Notes under the pieces: model-generated
What the model was told of the DNA's origin: nothing
The model's database searches: none
The model's input: only the letters and a program-made list of their open reading frames with translations
Shown: positions 38,182 through 50,969 of the stretch, one piece after another
Position numbering within the stretch: the first letter of the stretch is position 1
Layout: every line of letters begins with the position of its first letter
From: Narcine bancroftii
Taxonomy: Eukaryota
Reading direction: 5' to 3'
DNA length: 64,000 nt
NCBI RefSeq assembly: GCF_036971445.1
Contig: NC_091477.1
Coordinates: 15,128,001-15,192,000, forward strand
Program-made: the position numbers and the translations under genes

Positions 38182-41100
38182 CAAGTCTCTGGGAGAGGAT
38201 GGGTTTCCACTTGAGTTCTATAAGGAATTCAAGGATCTGTTGATAAATCTCTGCATTGAGGTGATGGATCAGGCAATAGAGACTCATAGACTCCCAGAAT
38301 CCTTTTTGACAGCAATCATTACGACAATTTTGTAAAAGATAAGGACCCATTAAAGCCGTCTTCTTACAGGCCTATTTCGTTTTTAAATACCGATTATAAG
38401 ATAATAACTAAAGCCCTGGTAAACGGATTGGCGAAGCATTTTTCAGAACTAATCGTACAAAGACAAAGCGGGCTTTCTACAAAAAAGGCTGGCAGCTGAC
38501 AACTTGGGCCAACTGATAATTATAATACATTTGGTGCAAGCCAGAAATGAAGGCGGCCTCACCATGGCTCTCGATGCAGAAAAGGCATTGGACAGATTAG
38601 TGTGGGATTTTTTAATTTAATGTCCTGGAGAAAATAGGGCTAGGGCCAACTTTCATTAATTGGATAAGGGCGCTGTATTACACACCCAAGGCAAAAGTTG
38701 TGAGCAATGGGCAAATTTCTTCAGCCTTCCCACTCACAAGGTCAGGCAGACAGGGAAGCTCACTATCTCCAGCCCTGTTTGTATATGCCATGGAATCATT
38801 GGCTGAGGCCATTAGTCAGGACCCAGATGTTAAGGGGGTCAGAGGGGTCCAGAAAGAACATCAAATCAGTTTATTTGCTGATGACGTATTTGGCAGACTC
38901 AATAAACGTTGCCCAAGCTGCGCTCTACTCTGGAAGATGATAGGGAGGTTTCCAGGTATAAGATTAATTGGGATAAGAGTGAGATCATGCCATTTACGGA
39001 AGGAGATTATAGTCAATGTCAGGAAAAATGATTACCTAAAGTGGCCACAAAATGGAATCAAGTACCTGGGAATCAAATCTCAACAATTTGTACAAATTAA
39101 ATTATATCCCCTTCACCATATAACCATTTACAGAGCAGAAACAGACCATGTTGGCCTTTCGAGTCCGCACCGGTTCACTAGAACAGCTCCACTAGCTCAA
39201 ACCTCCCGCTCTCTGCCAATAACCCAGAAGAGAAAAAAAAATGTAAAACATAAAGATCAATGAACCTATTCACAGTTTTCTAGGTTGTGCAAAAAAAAAG
39301 GGCGGTGTCCATTGTGCAGACAAATCTTTGGTGGCCCTGAATTAGTGTTATGAGGCCAAAAGTCTGATCACCCATGGTTATATTGAAGGAACAGCAGTCA
39401 CAAATGACCTGATTAACTTGCACTCATTTATTTGCTGGAAAAACTCAAGGACGATCTAAACAGATGGATGTCACTGCCCATAACCTGCTGGGCAGGGTCA
39501 ACTGTGTGAAAATGAATGTGCTACTAAGACCTTGCCAATGACGTTACACAGGCGTTTCTTTCAGGCTCTGCTCTCACAGAAAAGAACAGTCTTATGGAAA
39601 TTTCTTATGGAACAGGAAAGTAGCCAGGGACTCTATGGCAAAATTGACTATAGTCTGGGCAGATTACGGATGCCAGACTTTAAAAAATATTATTGGGCAG
39701 CCCAGTTGAGGTATTTCTCCTCACTCTTTTAGCAGGGGAGGGGGAAGAGTTACCATCCTGGGTACAAATTGGTCTGCACTTGGTAGGCAAGGGGGTAGCA
39801 AAGGACTTTATTTACAAATGAGATGCAAATTTGCAATCTGGAGTAACATTAATCAGTACTTAGGAATAAAATTGGGGCCGTCTCCAAAAACACCTCCTGA
39901 CTTCAAATCAGCTAATCCCTTTGACAGTGGGTAACAAGACCCTAGACACCAGGCGCTGGAATGGTGTCCGGTGCATAGAGGACTGTTACAAACAGAGGCA
40001 ATTAATGTTATTTGAGCAGCTTAGACAGAAATATGATTTGTCAAATAAGACATTTCACTGCTACCTTTAGATAAGATCTTTTCTGCAGAGCAAATAGGAT
40101 CCAACTATGACCCTACCAAAGTACAGTGACATAGATACCATGATTCAAAGGGGGAACCACACGGAAATTTATTTTGGCAATGTATTTCCTGCTCCAAGCA
40201 GAAGGACCTAAATGAGGTCTCCATAAACGAGGTGGGAGTTGAATCTGGGAATAATGATTGATGAGAGGTGCTGGTCTGACCAGCCTGACTGTGGTAATCA
40301 ATGTGAGGTATCTGACACCGCAAAAGATCAACAGGTCAAAGCCTGAACTGTTGGATCATTGCTTTATGTGTGGCATTGAGATAGGAACCTTTGTGCATGT
40401 GACCTGGACATGTATCAAGGTGGGGTCCTTCTCAACAGAATTAGGCAAAGTCCTATGGAAAATTAGAGGTAAAGAATTTCCACAGGATCCTGAGTTGTTC
40501 CTGCTGGGTAATATCATGGACATAAGACTTAAAATTAAGCTGTCCATGTTCCAAATTCAATCTGTAATGATTGCATTGGTGGTGGGCAGGAAGTGCATAG
40601 CAGTTACCTGGAAATCCAACTCTTGCCTGAGTATTGCACAAAGGAGCAGGGAGACGCAAGCCTCTGTTGCCCTGGAGAAAATTACCTATAACTGAAAACG
40701 GTAACCATTTAGAGGAAGATACGGCACCTTTCAAAAAACATTGGAAGCCGTATCTGAGACATATTCTCACAGATAAGAACATTCTTATGGAAATTTCTTA
40801 TGGAACAGGAAAGTAGCCAGGGACTCTATGGCAAAAAAAAATATTTTTCAGGGCTGTGAAAAAAGATAACTTTGCCTTGAGGCCTGGCTCGCCCCAATTC
40901 CTCCCCGATTCCTCCCCAATCTTTGGAGGGGAGGGTGGGAATGGGGCGGGGGGGGGCTCGGCCTTAGTCCAACCAGGAAAAGTCAGGAAAACAAAGTAAA
41001 ATCAGCCCAAACTCTGGCCGCTGGGCCAGGTCAAATCCATAACTCCGTCATATGATTTACTCCTGTGTTTTGAACGTTTTAATGTCTTAAGTGTTTTCTT

Positions 41101-41307
41101 TTCTTCTTTGGTTGTATCAGTATTAAGTGTTTGATGTTGAGGGAATGGGGTGGGGGGCGGAGGGAGAAAGGGGAAGGCTTGGACTCGATGGAATTCTCAT
41201 AGACAGAATTAGGATAAGTTGTAATTGACAAATTTATAAAAACTTTTGGTGACGTGTGTAAACTGTTGAGTTCAATTTTGAAAACTATAAATAAAATATT
41301 AAAAAAA
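38182..41307 (+). mobile_element. Decayed L1-clade LINE: RT to 3' end, interrupted at ~39110-39430
   Basis: KSLGEDGFPLEFYKEF, SYRPISFLNTDYKIITKAL, RQGSSLSPALF, SLFADDV, IKYLGI and the CCHC motif CFMC...TFVHVTWTC. AATAAA at 41290 with an A-rich tail. Many stops and frameshifts. Confidence 0.9.
39117..39225 (-). mobile_element. CR1 3' tail inserted in the L1
   Basis: CCATATAACCATTTACAGAGCAGAAACAGACC...GGCCTTTCGAGTCCGCACCG, similar to the tail at 36150-36195. Confidence 0.65.
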
Positions 41308-42264
41308 GAATGTCCAATATTCTTAATGCCATGCCTGCTCATCTTTCAAAATATGAATCTGATTTTGAAACACGAAAACAAGATTTTATTTGTACTTCAC
41401 TTTTTTTTAATGGAAATTTGCACTATAAATATATTTCAATGAGGATAAAATAATTTCCATCATGGGTTCTGGGAGAGACAGCTCATTATCTTTATATTTA
41501 ATTTTTGGTGTATCTGTTAAGTATGTAATTATTTTAAAGTGATTGGATTTGTCCCTTAACTAAAATTAAGAGAATCAGGTCATTGAAATGATTAGTATTG
41601 ATCATCAGTCAGTTGAATAAACTTAGTCTGAATTAAATTGAACAAAACATTAGTTGACTGGATGTTACTTGTTGAACTTTATAGATTCCTTTCAGCATTA
41701 AACTGTCACAGAAAGAAATGATTCAAAGTAAAACAAGTTCAGTTAATTGTTCAGGAGCTACTCTTATCTTGCCTTATGTCAGATCAAAAGGAAGAGATGC
41801 AAGGAAGCAGGATGATGTTCCATGTTTCTGCTGTTTGCATGTTCACTCTTATGTTAGCAAATTAAGGAGCTGATTGCATGTGGTTTCTGTTAGATTTTTT
41901 TTTGTACCCAGTGTCATCAAAAATTGTTCAGAGAATGGGTAAAAACACCTTTGAATGAGATCATATGCATCCAGATAGAGTGCTGTAATCTCATCCAATC
42001 GACTCTCTTGTAATTTCAGCTCTGAATGAATGCAAGCTGGTAATTCCAGTCTGAGCTAATGGTCAATGGTGCTTTCTATCAGTCAGAGAGATTAGAAGAA
42101 ACAGTAATGGTAACTATTTCTTAAGCTTACCCCATGGATGCCGTTTTCTCACAAAGAGACAAAAGTCTTACACATTGTGCACAAATTTGAGTTCGTGAAA
42201 AATACATGTCGATCAATGGAAACTGAGGTAAAATGAGGTAAAAAAGGATCAGGAAATAATCTTT

Positions 42265-42475
42265 AATGTAGCAGTTAACACAACGTTATTAGAGCGCCGG
42301 TGACCTTGGTTCAAATCCAGCACAGTTTGTACATTCTCCCTGTGTTTGCCTGGGTTTCTTTCAGATGCTCCAGTTTCCTCCCACCCTTCAAAACCTACAG
42401 GGGCTGTAGGTTAATTGGGTGGCACAGGCTCATGGGCTGGAAGGCCTGTTACTTTGTAAGCCTAAATTTAAAAAA
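42265..42475 (+). mobile_element. V-SINE
   Basis: Head TGTAGCAGTTAACACAACG, B-box GGTTCAAATCC, V-core GTTTGTACATTCTCCCTGTGTTTGCCTGGGTTTC...GCTCCAGTTTCCTCCCACC, tail CTAAATTTAAA. Confidence 0.85.
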
Positions 42476-42554
42476 AGCAATTATGGCACTAGACAGACCC
42501 ATTGTTTTTTGAAATGTCCTTCATGAGGATTGTTAACTCCAGGGGGTTCTTGAC

Positions 42555-42938
42555 TCAGCCTGAAACATCGCAGGCACCAGACTTCACTCCATCGAGGACA
42601 TCTACATGAGGCAGTGCCTTAGAAAAGCAGCCTCTGTCCTCAAAGTCTCCCACACCCCAGGCCTTGCCCTCTTCACTTTGCTACCATCAGAGAAAAGGTA
42701 TAGGAGCCTAAAGAGGAGCATTCAGTGGCATAATTCTTCCCCATTGCCATCAGATTCCTGAATAATCAATGAACCAAAGACTTGCCTTACTTTTCGTAAC
42801 TATTATTGTAATTTTTTATATATAAATATATATATATATATATATAGTAATGTCATAATATGAATGTTTGCACTGTGACGCTGCCACAAAACACCAAATT
42901 TCATGATTTATTCATGACAATAAATTCTGATTCTGATC
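42555..42938 (+). mobile_element. Rex1/Babar LINE 3' end
   Basis: GTRLHSIEDIYMRQCLRKAASVLK...PGLALFTLLPSEKRYRSLK, with tail ATGACAATAAATTCTGATTCTGAT. Confidence 0.85.
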
Positions 42939-43058
42939 AGTTCCATGGTCATATGGTACCAGGTGAAAACTGATGGTTTGGAGGGATCATGTGGGTTGGA
43001 TGTGTGTGGAAACTGGAGCCTGACGTAAATACTGCATTCATGTTTAATGGTACTAAAA

Positions 43059-43647
43059 TACTGTACATAGGTGGGTAAAAGTTGATTTTTTTTTTAGACA
43101 GTTTTTTTAACATTCTATTTATGGGGTTGACTGTTATATGGATACTATTTATTACCAAGTAAGTACCTATGTTGTTTGAGACTTTGTAAGTTATGATGAG
43201 CAGACAGGCGGCCAGGACTGGTGCCAACGTCAGTCGAGGCATCAGTAGTTCCAATGAATGGATGGGTGGTCAGGACTGGTTTTGACTGCGGGAAGCACAT
43301 ACATCATTCAAAGCATTGGGAGTTCTGATGAGTGGGTGGGCGGGACAAAAGTGGGTGGGAAGTCCATGATGGAGTCATTGGGAGGTCTGATGGGTGGAAG
43401 GCCGAGGCCTAAGTGAGAGTCTGTGCTCTAGGCTTCAGGAACTCTGATATGCAGGCAGATGGAGTCACGCTTAATAATCAATGAATTCACAAACAAGGTA
43501 TTGGGAGCTCTGATGGGCAGGCCAAAAATAGGGGGGCATTAACCTTTACATGGAAAATGCCAGATTTGTGGACCAAAAATAGGGTGGGGGGGGTGGTGTT
43601 TGTTGAATTTTACATGGTATTGACTATTACATGAGTGAAAAACAGTA
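43059..43647. mobile_element. Tc1/mariner-type non-autonomous DNA element
   Basis: TA-CTGT...ACAG-TA termini with degenerate subterminal inverted motifs (GTAAAAGTTGA / TTGACTATTAC). Internal repeats ATTGGGAGxTCTGATG occur three times. Confidence 0.5.
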
Positions 43648-46600
43648 GGTACTTTCATATCTCTGCATTTTATGAGCTTACATGATCTATAAAATACACC
43701 CACTATAAAAGATAAACCATTCTGTTGACTGGTAATGGCAATAGAAATAGTGTCTGGTTATTAATTGGCTTGCAAATCTTTCCACTGCTCATGCCTATTC
43801 TCCAAGAGAGCAGAGTGATGGGAATAAAATGATGACCAGAAGTTTCTGCATCATGGAACAAAAAAATAGAAAATGCTGGAAACGCACTGCAGATTTGGTA
43901 ATATCAGTGGGAAGAGGAGCAGAGAAAGTTCTGGGCCAAATATATCTGATCACACTGAGGAAATAAGACAATAAGTTAATTTTAGGTTGCAGGGAGGAGA
44001 ATGCCAATGGGACAAAGGGAACATCACTGAAAAGGTGAGGCAGAGGTGATTTAGTATGTTTTGACCTGCCAGATTAGTAGATTAATAGAACAGTTAAAGA
44101 GAGAGAGGAAAAAGTAGAGATATGTTAAGGCCTGAAATATTGGACATAGCTGTTGCTGAACTCCAAACCAAAAAGGGTGTGCCTCAAATGCCCAGAACAT
44201 TAGGGAGTGTACTTGGAAAGAGAAAATGTGTTAAGATTACATATAAATAATCTTGCATCAGAACTGGACAAATGAGTGCAGTGAGAAGATCAGGAGGCAT
44301 TATTTGGATTTATATTGGGCTTTATTTTTACAATGTATCAAACCTTGGACAAGTTGGTGAAAGAGGGACTGAGGTGGAGAATGAAAGAAATGGGCAACTG
44401 GAAGCTTAAATTCATTCTTGTGGACTGAACATAAGTGTTTGCATAATACCTTGTTACTCCCGGCTGTGCAACGTAACATGCCTTCTGACTTTGTGTCATC
44501 TGTAACTATATTTCTTCATACAAGTTACTGATGCAAAGGATAATAAACTGAGGCTCAAAAATATAATCTTCTGGAATTTAACAGAAGAGGTTTATTCTAT
44601 GTTGCAAATGTGAAAGTCCCAAAGATCTAACAAAGGCATATTGAATTGCACAGCCAAAATTCTGTTCCATTAAAGCAAGCATGAATGTAGCATGCAAAAA
44701 AAAAAACCCCTTACATCACCAATGATTTCATTCCTTTTCTGGACATTCTATTTTCCAAATAATTCATGGATTTGCATCTCTTTTTTCCCCTCAGTCCTGC
44801 CCCTTTCATTTTTACTGATAATTGCTGATCAAATGCATTGTGGAATATCCACCAATACCATAAAAGTTCCATTGTCATTCAGAGCAATGTCTTACTTAAA
44901 GTCCAATCAAGTTTGTCTGCCATCTTTGATCCTTTAAAATTACTTCTGCCTTTGATTAGGTCAAACTTGTCTAACTACCCTATCTGTCTGTTCCACTTGA
45001 TGGATTACAGTAACATCCACATGATGCAATTGATTGACCTGTGTATAAGTATAAATGTTCAGGATTCTTAAATTGAGTACAAGTGCCCATGTTAGGTATA
45101 AAATGTGTAATCTGTTTAATATATTCCCTCTTGGAAGGTTAGTTTATAGTCTTATGCTGTTTGGGCACTGATATTTCTATGTCCATCTGTTTTTTTATCC
45201 ACTTAATAGTTTTAAAGTAGAGTGAAAGAATTTCAGGGAGGATAGATACATTCCTTTTAGTCCAGCATGTTATCTGAAAGGATGGCAAAGATGGGGTGGA
45301 GTGGGGGGTGGGGGGTAACTCTTGTCAGATTTCTAAAAAAAACCAAGTCCATGAGGAGCCATTGCCTTCATAGAAGAGCAGGAGCTGGACAGTGAGAAGT
45401 GCTTTCACCCGCTGAATTATGTTTTACAATAAAAAGGTACTATTTATTTATCTATGACTTTAAAAAATGCATTCTATTTTAAACAACGTCATTGTCAATG
45501 TTTTGTTTCAAAGCTCGGATTAAAATCATACGACAATGTGGTGATTGTAATCAAACAGTTTGTTAACCCAAGCTGTTCAGCAAAATCTTTCTCGAATTCC
45601 CAGTTTGAAATAAACCTTTTTGGTTTAAATTATGTTACCCTCATTCGATGCACAAGATCTCAAGCACAAATGATCCAATTGAATCTGTAAAATGAGGCAG
45701 AAATATATTTAAAGTAATACTATGGTGTTTGCACACTGGGTCAGACTTGTGAGGTGTTGTGGGACTTGGGCAGTTCGTTTGAAGAACCTCAGGGCGAGTT
45801 AGCAACTGCTGTGTTTGCTGGTGAGATCTTTGGAACTTCAAGTGACCCCAGAGCAGCTATTGAACAACTGGCTACGAAAATGTAAACCAAATGCAGGGAA
45901 GGGGAGGGGCTATGGGGTGGGTTTATAACAATATTCAATGTGCTGCACACCATCCATGAAAAGAGCTGGCCAGATTAATGCGAGTGCCACAAGAGGTCCC
46001 AGGCCACCATGAGGTGATGTCTCATCAGGGGGTCATAGTCATAGCAGGAATCTCTGTGTGGATTTGCTCAGCAAAGCTGCAGAGAGCAGATGCTGATGTC
46101 CATCTATCTATGATCAAACAAGCCAATGCAAAATTAAACATGGAAACTGCAAAATTATTAAAGTACCTTATAAAAATGAGAGCCATTCAGTGCCAAGGAT
46201 ATAAAATTTCAATGTAGCTTTGAACTGTGAATATTAACTTTTTACATTTTCCAACACTGGTGTATTTTTTTAGTTGACTGTAGGAAAATCTTGTCAGGAC
46301 TGTGATTTTACCACATATTCTAAATTATTTATACATGTTTTATAGCAACATGACCCATCATAAAATGCCAGCAAAATAAATGTTGCTGGAACAAGATAAA
46401 TGCAAATTAAAACAGTAAAAATGTCATATTTTATGAATGATGCTTTCATGATATTTTACATTTTCTGAATGTGAAACTCTTTTTGTGAAGTGTAGATTTA
46501 GCAGATTGTGGTAAAATAGTTTTTATTTTAATACTTGTGAAAAACAAAGAACGTCCAAAACTAAAACAAAATCAGCATCTACTGCTGTGATCAATATTGG

Positions 46601-47004
46601 ACTCCAGAACCTGGAAGAAAGGATGCAGTAATTTTCCATCTTATCCACCGAGACTATCAATCATTGATCACTCACTCGTGCTACAAAGCTGCTGGGAATT
46701 GGATATCCTGGTGAAGTTGGAGGCATCCAGATTCTTGAGCAAATGGAAGCATTCTGAATCCAATAAAGCCAAGGAATCAAATACACAGAACCCTAGAGAT
46801 TATTGACTGGGGGTAGTTTGGGGGTTTTGAGCCATTTAAACTTATTTTGGCTTTTCAGCAATTTTTAAATGATCAGAATTTGTGCTTGATAAAAAAAAAT
46901 GGGATTTATTTATTTCTAACAATGGATGCTTGAAAACTGAGTTGGTCAAATGCATGATTCAAATAAAAATCATTGAGATAAAGCAGTCAGAAGGTGACAA
47001 AAAT

Positions 47005-47255
47005 TTTAAGTTTTTAATTTTGACATACAGCACAGTAGCAAGGCCCTTTCGACCCATGAGCCAATGCCGCCCAATTACAGCCAATTGACTTACTCCTTGG
47101 GTACGATATGAATGGTGGGAGGAAACTGGAGCCCCCAGAGGAAACTCATGCAGACACAGGGAGAAGGTACAAACTCCTTACAGAGAGCGCCGGATTCAAT
47201 CCCCAGTTGCTGGCGCTGTAACAGCGTTGCTCTATCCATTATGCTAACCGTGTTT
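47005..47255 (-). mobile_element. V-SINE, near full length
   Basis: GGTGGGAGGAAACTGGAGCCCCCAGAGGAAACTCATGCAGACACAGGGAGAAGGTACAAACTCCTTACAG...GGATTCAATCCC...CTGGCGCTGTAACAGCGTTGC. Confidence 0.88.
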
Positions 47256-48089
47256 TGTTTTTAATTGGGGCTAGGACAATGAAGTGCTACTGTAATTCTC
47301 AAAGGATCATCTGTAAAGCATTGGAGGACTTGAGCATATTTCAGAATATATTTACCAACTAGCTCTCAGGGAATTACAGCAGATCCAACTCCAGACCATC
47401 CAGTTTTGTTTAAAACAGCTCAGAAGTTGTTGCAAACATAGATATTTGGGCACATTTAACCCACACATCCCATTTAGCATTTTTATTTTGTGAAACAGCA
47501 CACATAATATTTTTGTCTGCTCAGTTGCTGAATCCATCTCTGGATCCACTTTAACTTGATTCAATTAACTGACACACTTTGGACATGCAAAGACCATGAT
47601 AAACTTATTAGAGAATTAATATTTTATAATGTATTATCACATTGAGTAACTATGACAACTAAAGCAGTGTACACTTGCATCTTTACATGACAATAATTTG
47701 TAAGTCCTTTGCTGTTTTGATTTTGTAGGTGTATTTAATGGTTCAACTTTCTGTGAAGCTGCAGTGGTAATTGGTCAGAGGAATGAAGGGCGATTTTGGG
47801 ATAAAGGGGAGAAGATAAAAGTGGAGACAGCCTCAAGGTAAATTGTACTCCAGCCTTGCATCTCATTGAGATGGCCAGTGAGTTCAGAGGAGAAAATAGT
47901 GATAAAAGTGATTCTCAAACACCAAGCTACGAAAGAGTTTCTCCCCACAGCCAGTGAGAATGGTGAATGACTATAGGAACTGCTCGCAGTAACCATCCAA
48001 GATTCTAATATTTACTAAACAATATTTATTTATTGATGCTTCATATGTATGCAGATTTGTCCTGTGAATGTATAGTCTAACTGAATATT

Positions 48090-50440
48090 TTGGAGTATTT
48101 GAATATTGGGAAGAAGGAAGTGTTGGAGATCTTGAAATGTATAAAACTGGATAAATCTCTGGGCTTGAGATTCCTGTGTTGTTTTGGAAAAGAAAGGAGG
48201 AGATCACTGGCAGAATTCTTTTGTAACTTCGTCAACTATGTACCAAAAGACTGAAAGATAGCTAATGCTGTGCCCTTCTTTAAGAAGGGCAGCAAGGACA
48301 GGCCAGTAAATGACAGGACAGTGAGTGTGGGAAGTTACTGGAAGAAATGCTGAGGAGCAAGATTTATTTGCATTTGGTAAGTCAGACTGATTCAAAACTG
48401 TCAGCATGACTTTGTGCATGGGAAATAATGTCGTATTTATTTGACTGAATCTTTGAAGAGGTGATCAAGAGTATTGGCGAGGACAGGTGACCAATGTTGT
48501 CCACATGGATTTCAGCAAGGCCTCTGGCAAGGATCTCCATGTTAGGCTGGTCCGGAAGGTTAGAGCATATAGAATCTTGTGTAACCCAACTAACTGCATG
48601 CAAAATTAGCCTGGTGCTGAAAGGCAGAGGGTTGTAGTGGAGGGATGTTTGTCAGATTGGAGGCCTGTGACTGCTGCAGGGATTGGTTCTGCCCTCTTTT
48701 GTTTATTTATTCATCTCTGTCACACGTTTGGAAGAAAATTTCAATGACATAACTAGTGAATGTTCACAGCCCAACAAGATTGGTTGTATAGTGACATTGA
48801 AGAAGGTTCTTTAAGGTTGCAACAGGGGAATTGGACCGAGGAGCGGCAGATGAAATTAACTCAGATAATTGCAAAGTGATGCATTTTGGGAAGGTAAAGC
48901 AGGGAAAGACATATACTGTGAAAGCTGGTACTTCGGGAAGTGTCACTGAACAGAGAGAACTCAGGGTATATGTACATAGTTCGTGTATAAATAATTCATA
49001 GCATATGCACAGGTAACACAATGGGAATGAAGAGGCTTGGAATGCTTGTCCTCATCAGCTGAGGCATTGTACAAAAGTTGGACATCATTATTACAGATGT
49101 ATGTTTATTGCATTGGAAATCTAAAGGTATAAAAAACTTGGGGGATTATTTTAAAGAAGGTAAATTTTTATCCTTTAATCAAATGAGGGAAGATTTTGGT
49201 ATTAATGAGAATTCTTTATTCGTTAATTATCAACTTTGATCCTTAGTAAAACAAATATTTGGTAGAGATATGATTTTACCTAAATTGACTAAATTTGAAT
49301 CTTTTCTTGTGACTGTACCAAAGAAAGGATATATTTCATTGATGTACCAAATATTACAGGAAAGTATGGAAAAAAAAAGGGATGGGATAGATCTAAGATT
49401 AAATGGGAAAAGGATATTAATCTTACTTTTTCCGAGGATGACTGGTTAGATATCTGTCATGATAGTGCTACTAGATCGATAAATGTTCGTTATGCAATGG
49501 TTAATTACAATTTTTTACATTAATTGTATTTAACACCTGAAAAGTTTTTAAAAATATGGTTTTAGTGAATCAGACTCTCGTTTTAGATATGGTAATTCGG
49601 TTGGAACTTTTTTTCATGCTGTTTGGTTATGTGTACATACACGAACTTTTTGGAAAGCAATTCAATTGTTTTTGGAATATTTGTATAAGATCAAAATACT
49701 TCTAGACCCGACAATATTTTAGTTGGGTGAGTTGAAGCCTTTGAAAGATTTGGGATTAGACAAATTTCAGATTGCTTTTGTATATTTAGCTTTATCTGTA
49801 GCAAAAAAAAATGTATAGCAAGTACATGGAAGAATGCTAATGTGGCATAATGAGATGAAAACTTGTTTGGTAATGGAAAAAATCATGTATGTTTTACATG
49901 ATAATTATTCTTTTTTCTTAATAAGTGGTCTTGATATTCAGAATATTTACATTTAAATTTACCTTAATTAAATTTTAGTAAATATATTTCAGGTTTTTTT
50001 TTTTCTCTTTGGTTCTCCTAAAGAGAGCTGGCTGAGAGGGGGATGGGTTTTTTCTCTCTTTTTTATATATAATTTTTTTTATTGTTCATAATATGTACTT
50101 TTTTTACTGTATGTAATAACCTTGTTGAATGAATAAATAAAGTTATTTTAAAAAATCATTATTACAGATGTTCAAAAATGGATAAGCTGCACTTGATGTA
50201 TTGGGTACAGTTCTGGTTGCTACACTCTAGGAAAGATGTGATTAAAATGGAAAGAATGCAGAAAAGATTCACAAAGATGTTGCCAGGATTAAAGGGGTTG
50301 AGTTATAAAAAACTAAAGGACAGGTGAGAACTGTTTTTCCTGGAGAAAATGAGACTGAGATGTGACGTGATAGAGATTTATAAAATTCTGAGAGGATACA
50401 TAAGATAAAGAGCCAGAATCTGTTTTGTATAGTCAGGGTA
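48090..50440 (+). mobile_element. Decayed CR1 LINE RT region, split by an L1 insertion
   Basis: ANAVPFFKKGSKDRP, MDFSKAS and CKVMHFGK. After the insert it resumes with VQFW and ERMQKRFTKMLPGL. Confidence 0.85.
49101..50154 (+). mobile_element. 5'-truncated L1 3' end with 17-bp target site duplication
   Basis: TSD ATCATTATTACAGATGT at 49084-49100 and 50155-50171. Degenerate CCHC (VGTFFHAVWLC). AATAAA at 50132 with an A tail. Confidence 0.9.
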
Positions 50441-50969
50441 CAAAAAAGAAAATAAATAACAGATGAAGAAAGGCGAGGGGACAGACAAGCTTCAAAAATT
50501 ATACCTGTATATTTTACTGAAATATCAAATTTAAAGAGTTGCTGTTTGGGCTATTATTGGGAGAGAAAGACGCTCACCACTCAAACCAATGGTTGAGAGG
50601 CTTGTCATTAATGCTATGCTGACAGCAACACAGTATTAACATGGCTTGACATCATTTGCTGGGAGGGAGGTTGGGATTGAGAAATTAAGCTATCTGCTAC
50701 AGCAATACTTCCTTCAAATAAAATACTCATTCTCATATTCTGTGCATTCCTTGTGAGTCATGTTGTAAGGTTATAACCGAGTTTCTTATAAGACTGCAAT
50801 CTGGTTGTCCTCTACCTTGGCAACACAGTTGACATTGCAATGCTTGATCTTATAATGAGATGGTGCAGTGTCTTTCCTGCAGGAGGCTGACATTCAGTAA
50901 AAGGCCTATGAGCAGTATTTTCTCAAGGCTTCCTCTGCTAATTTGGAACAGGAAAGGTGTTCCCTAGAC

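Noticed and set aside
47700-47740. Other AG|GT junctions as recursive splice sites (here and ~18900)
   Set aside because: The regenerated donors (GTGTAT, GTGGCA) are poor matches to the 5' splice consensus.
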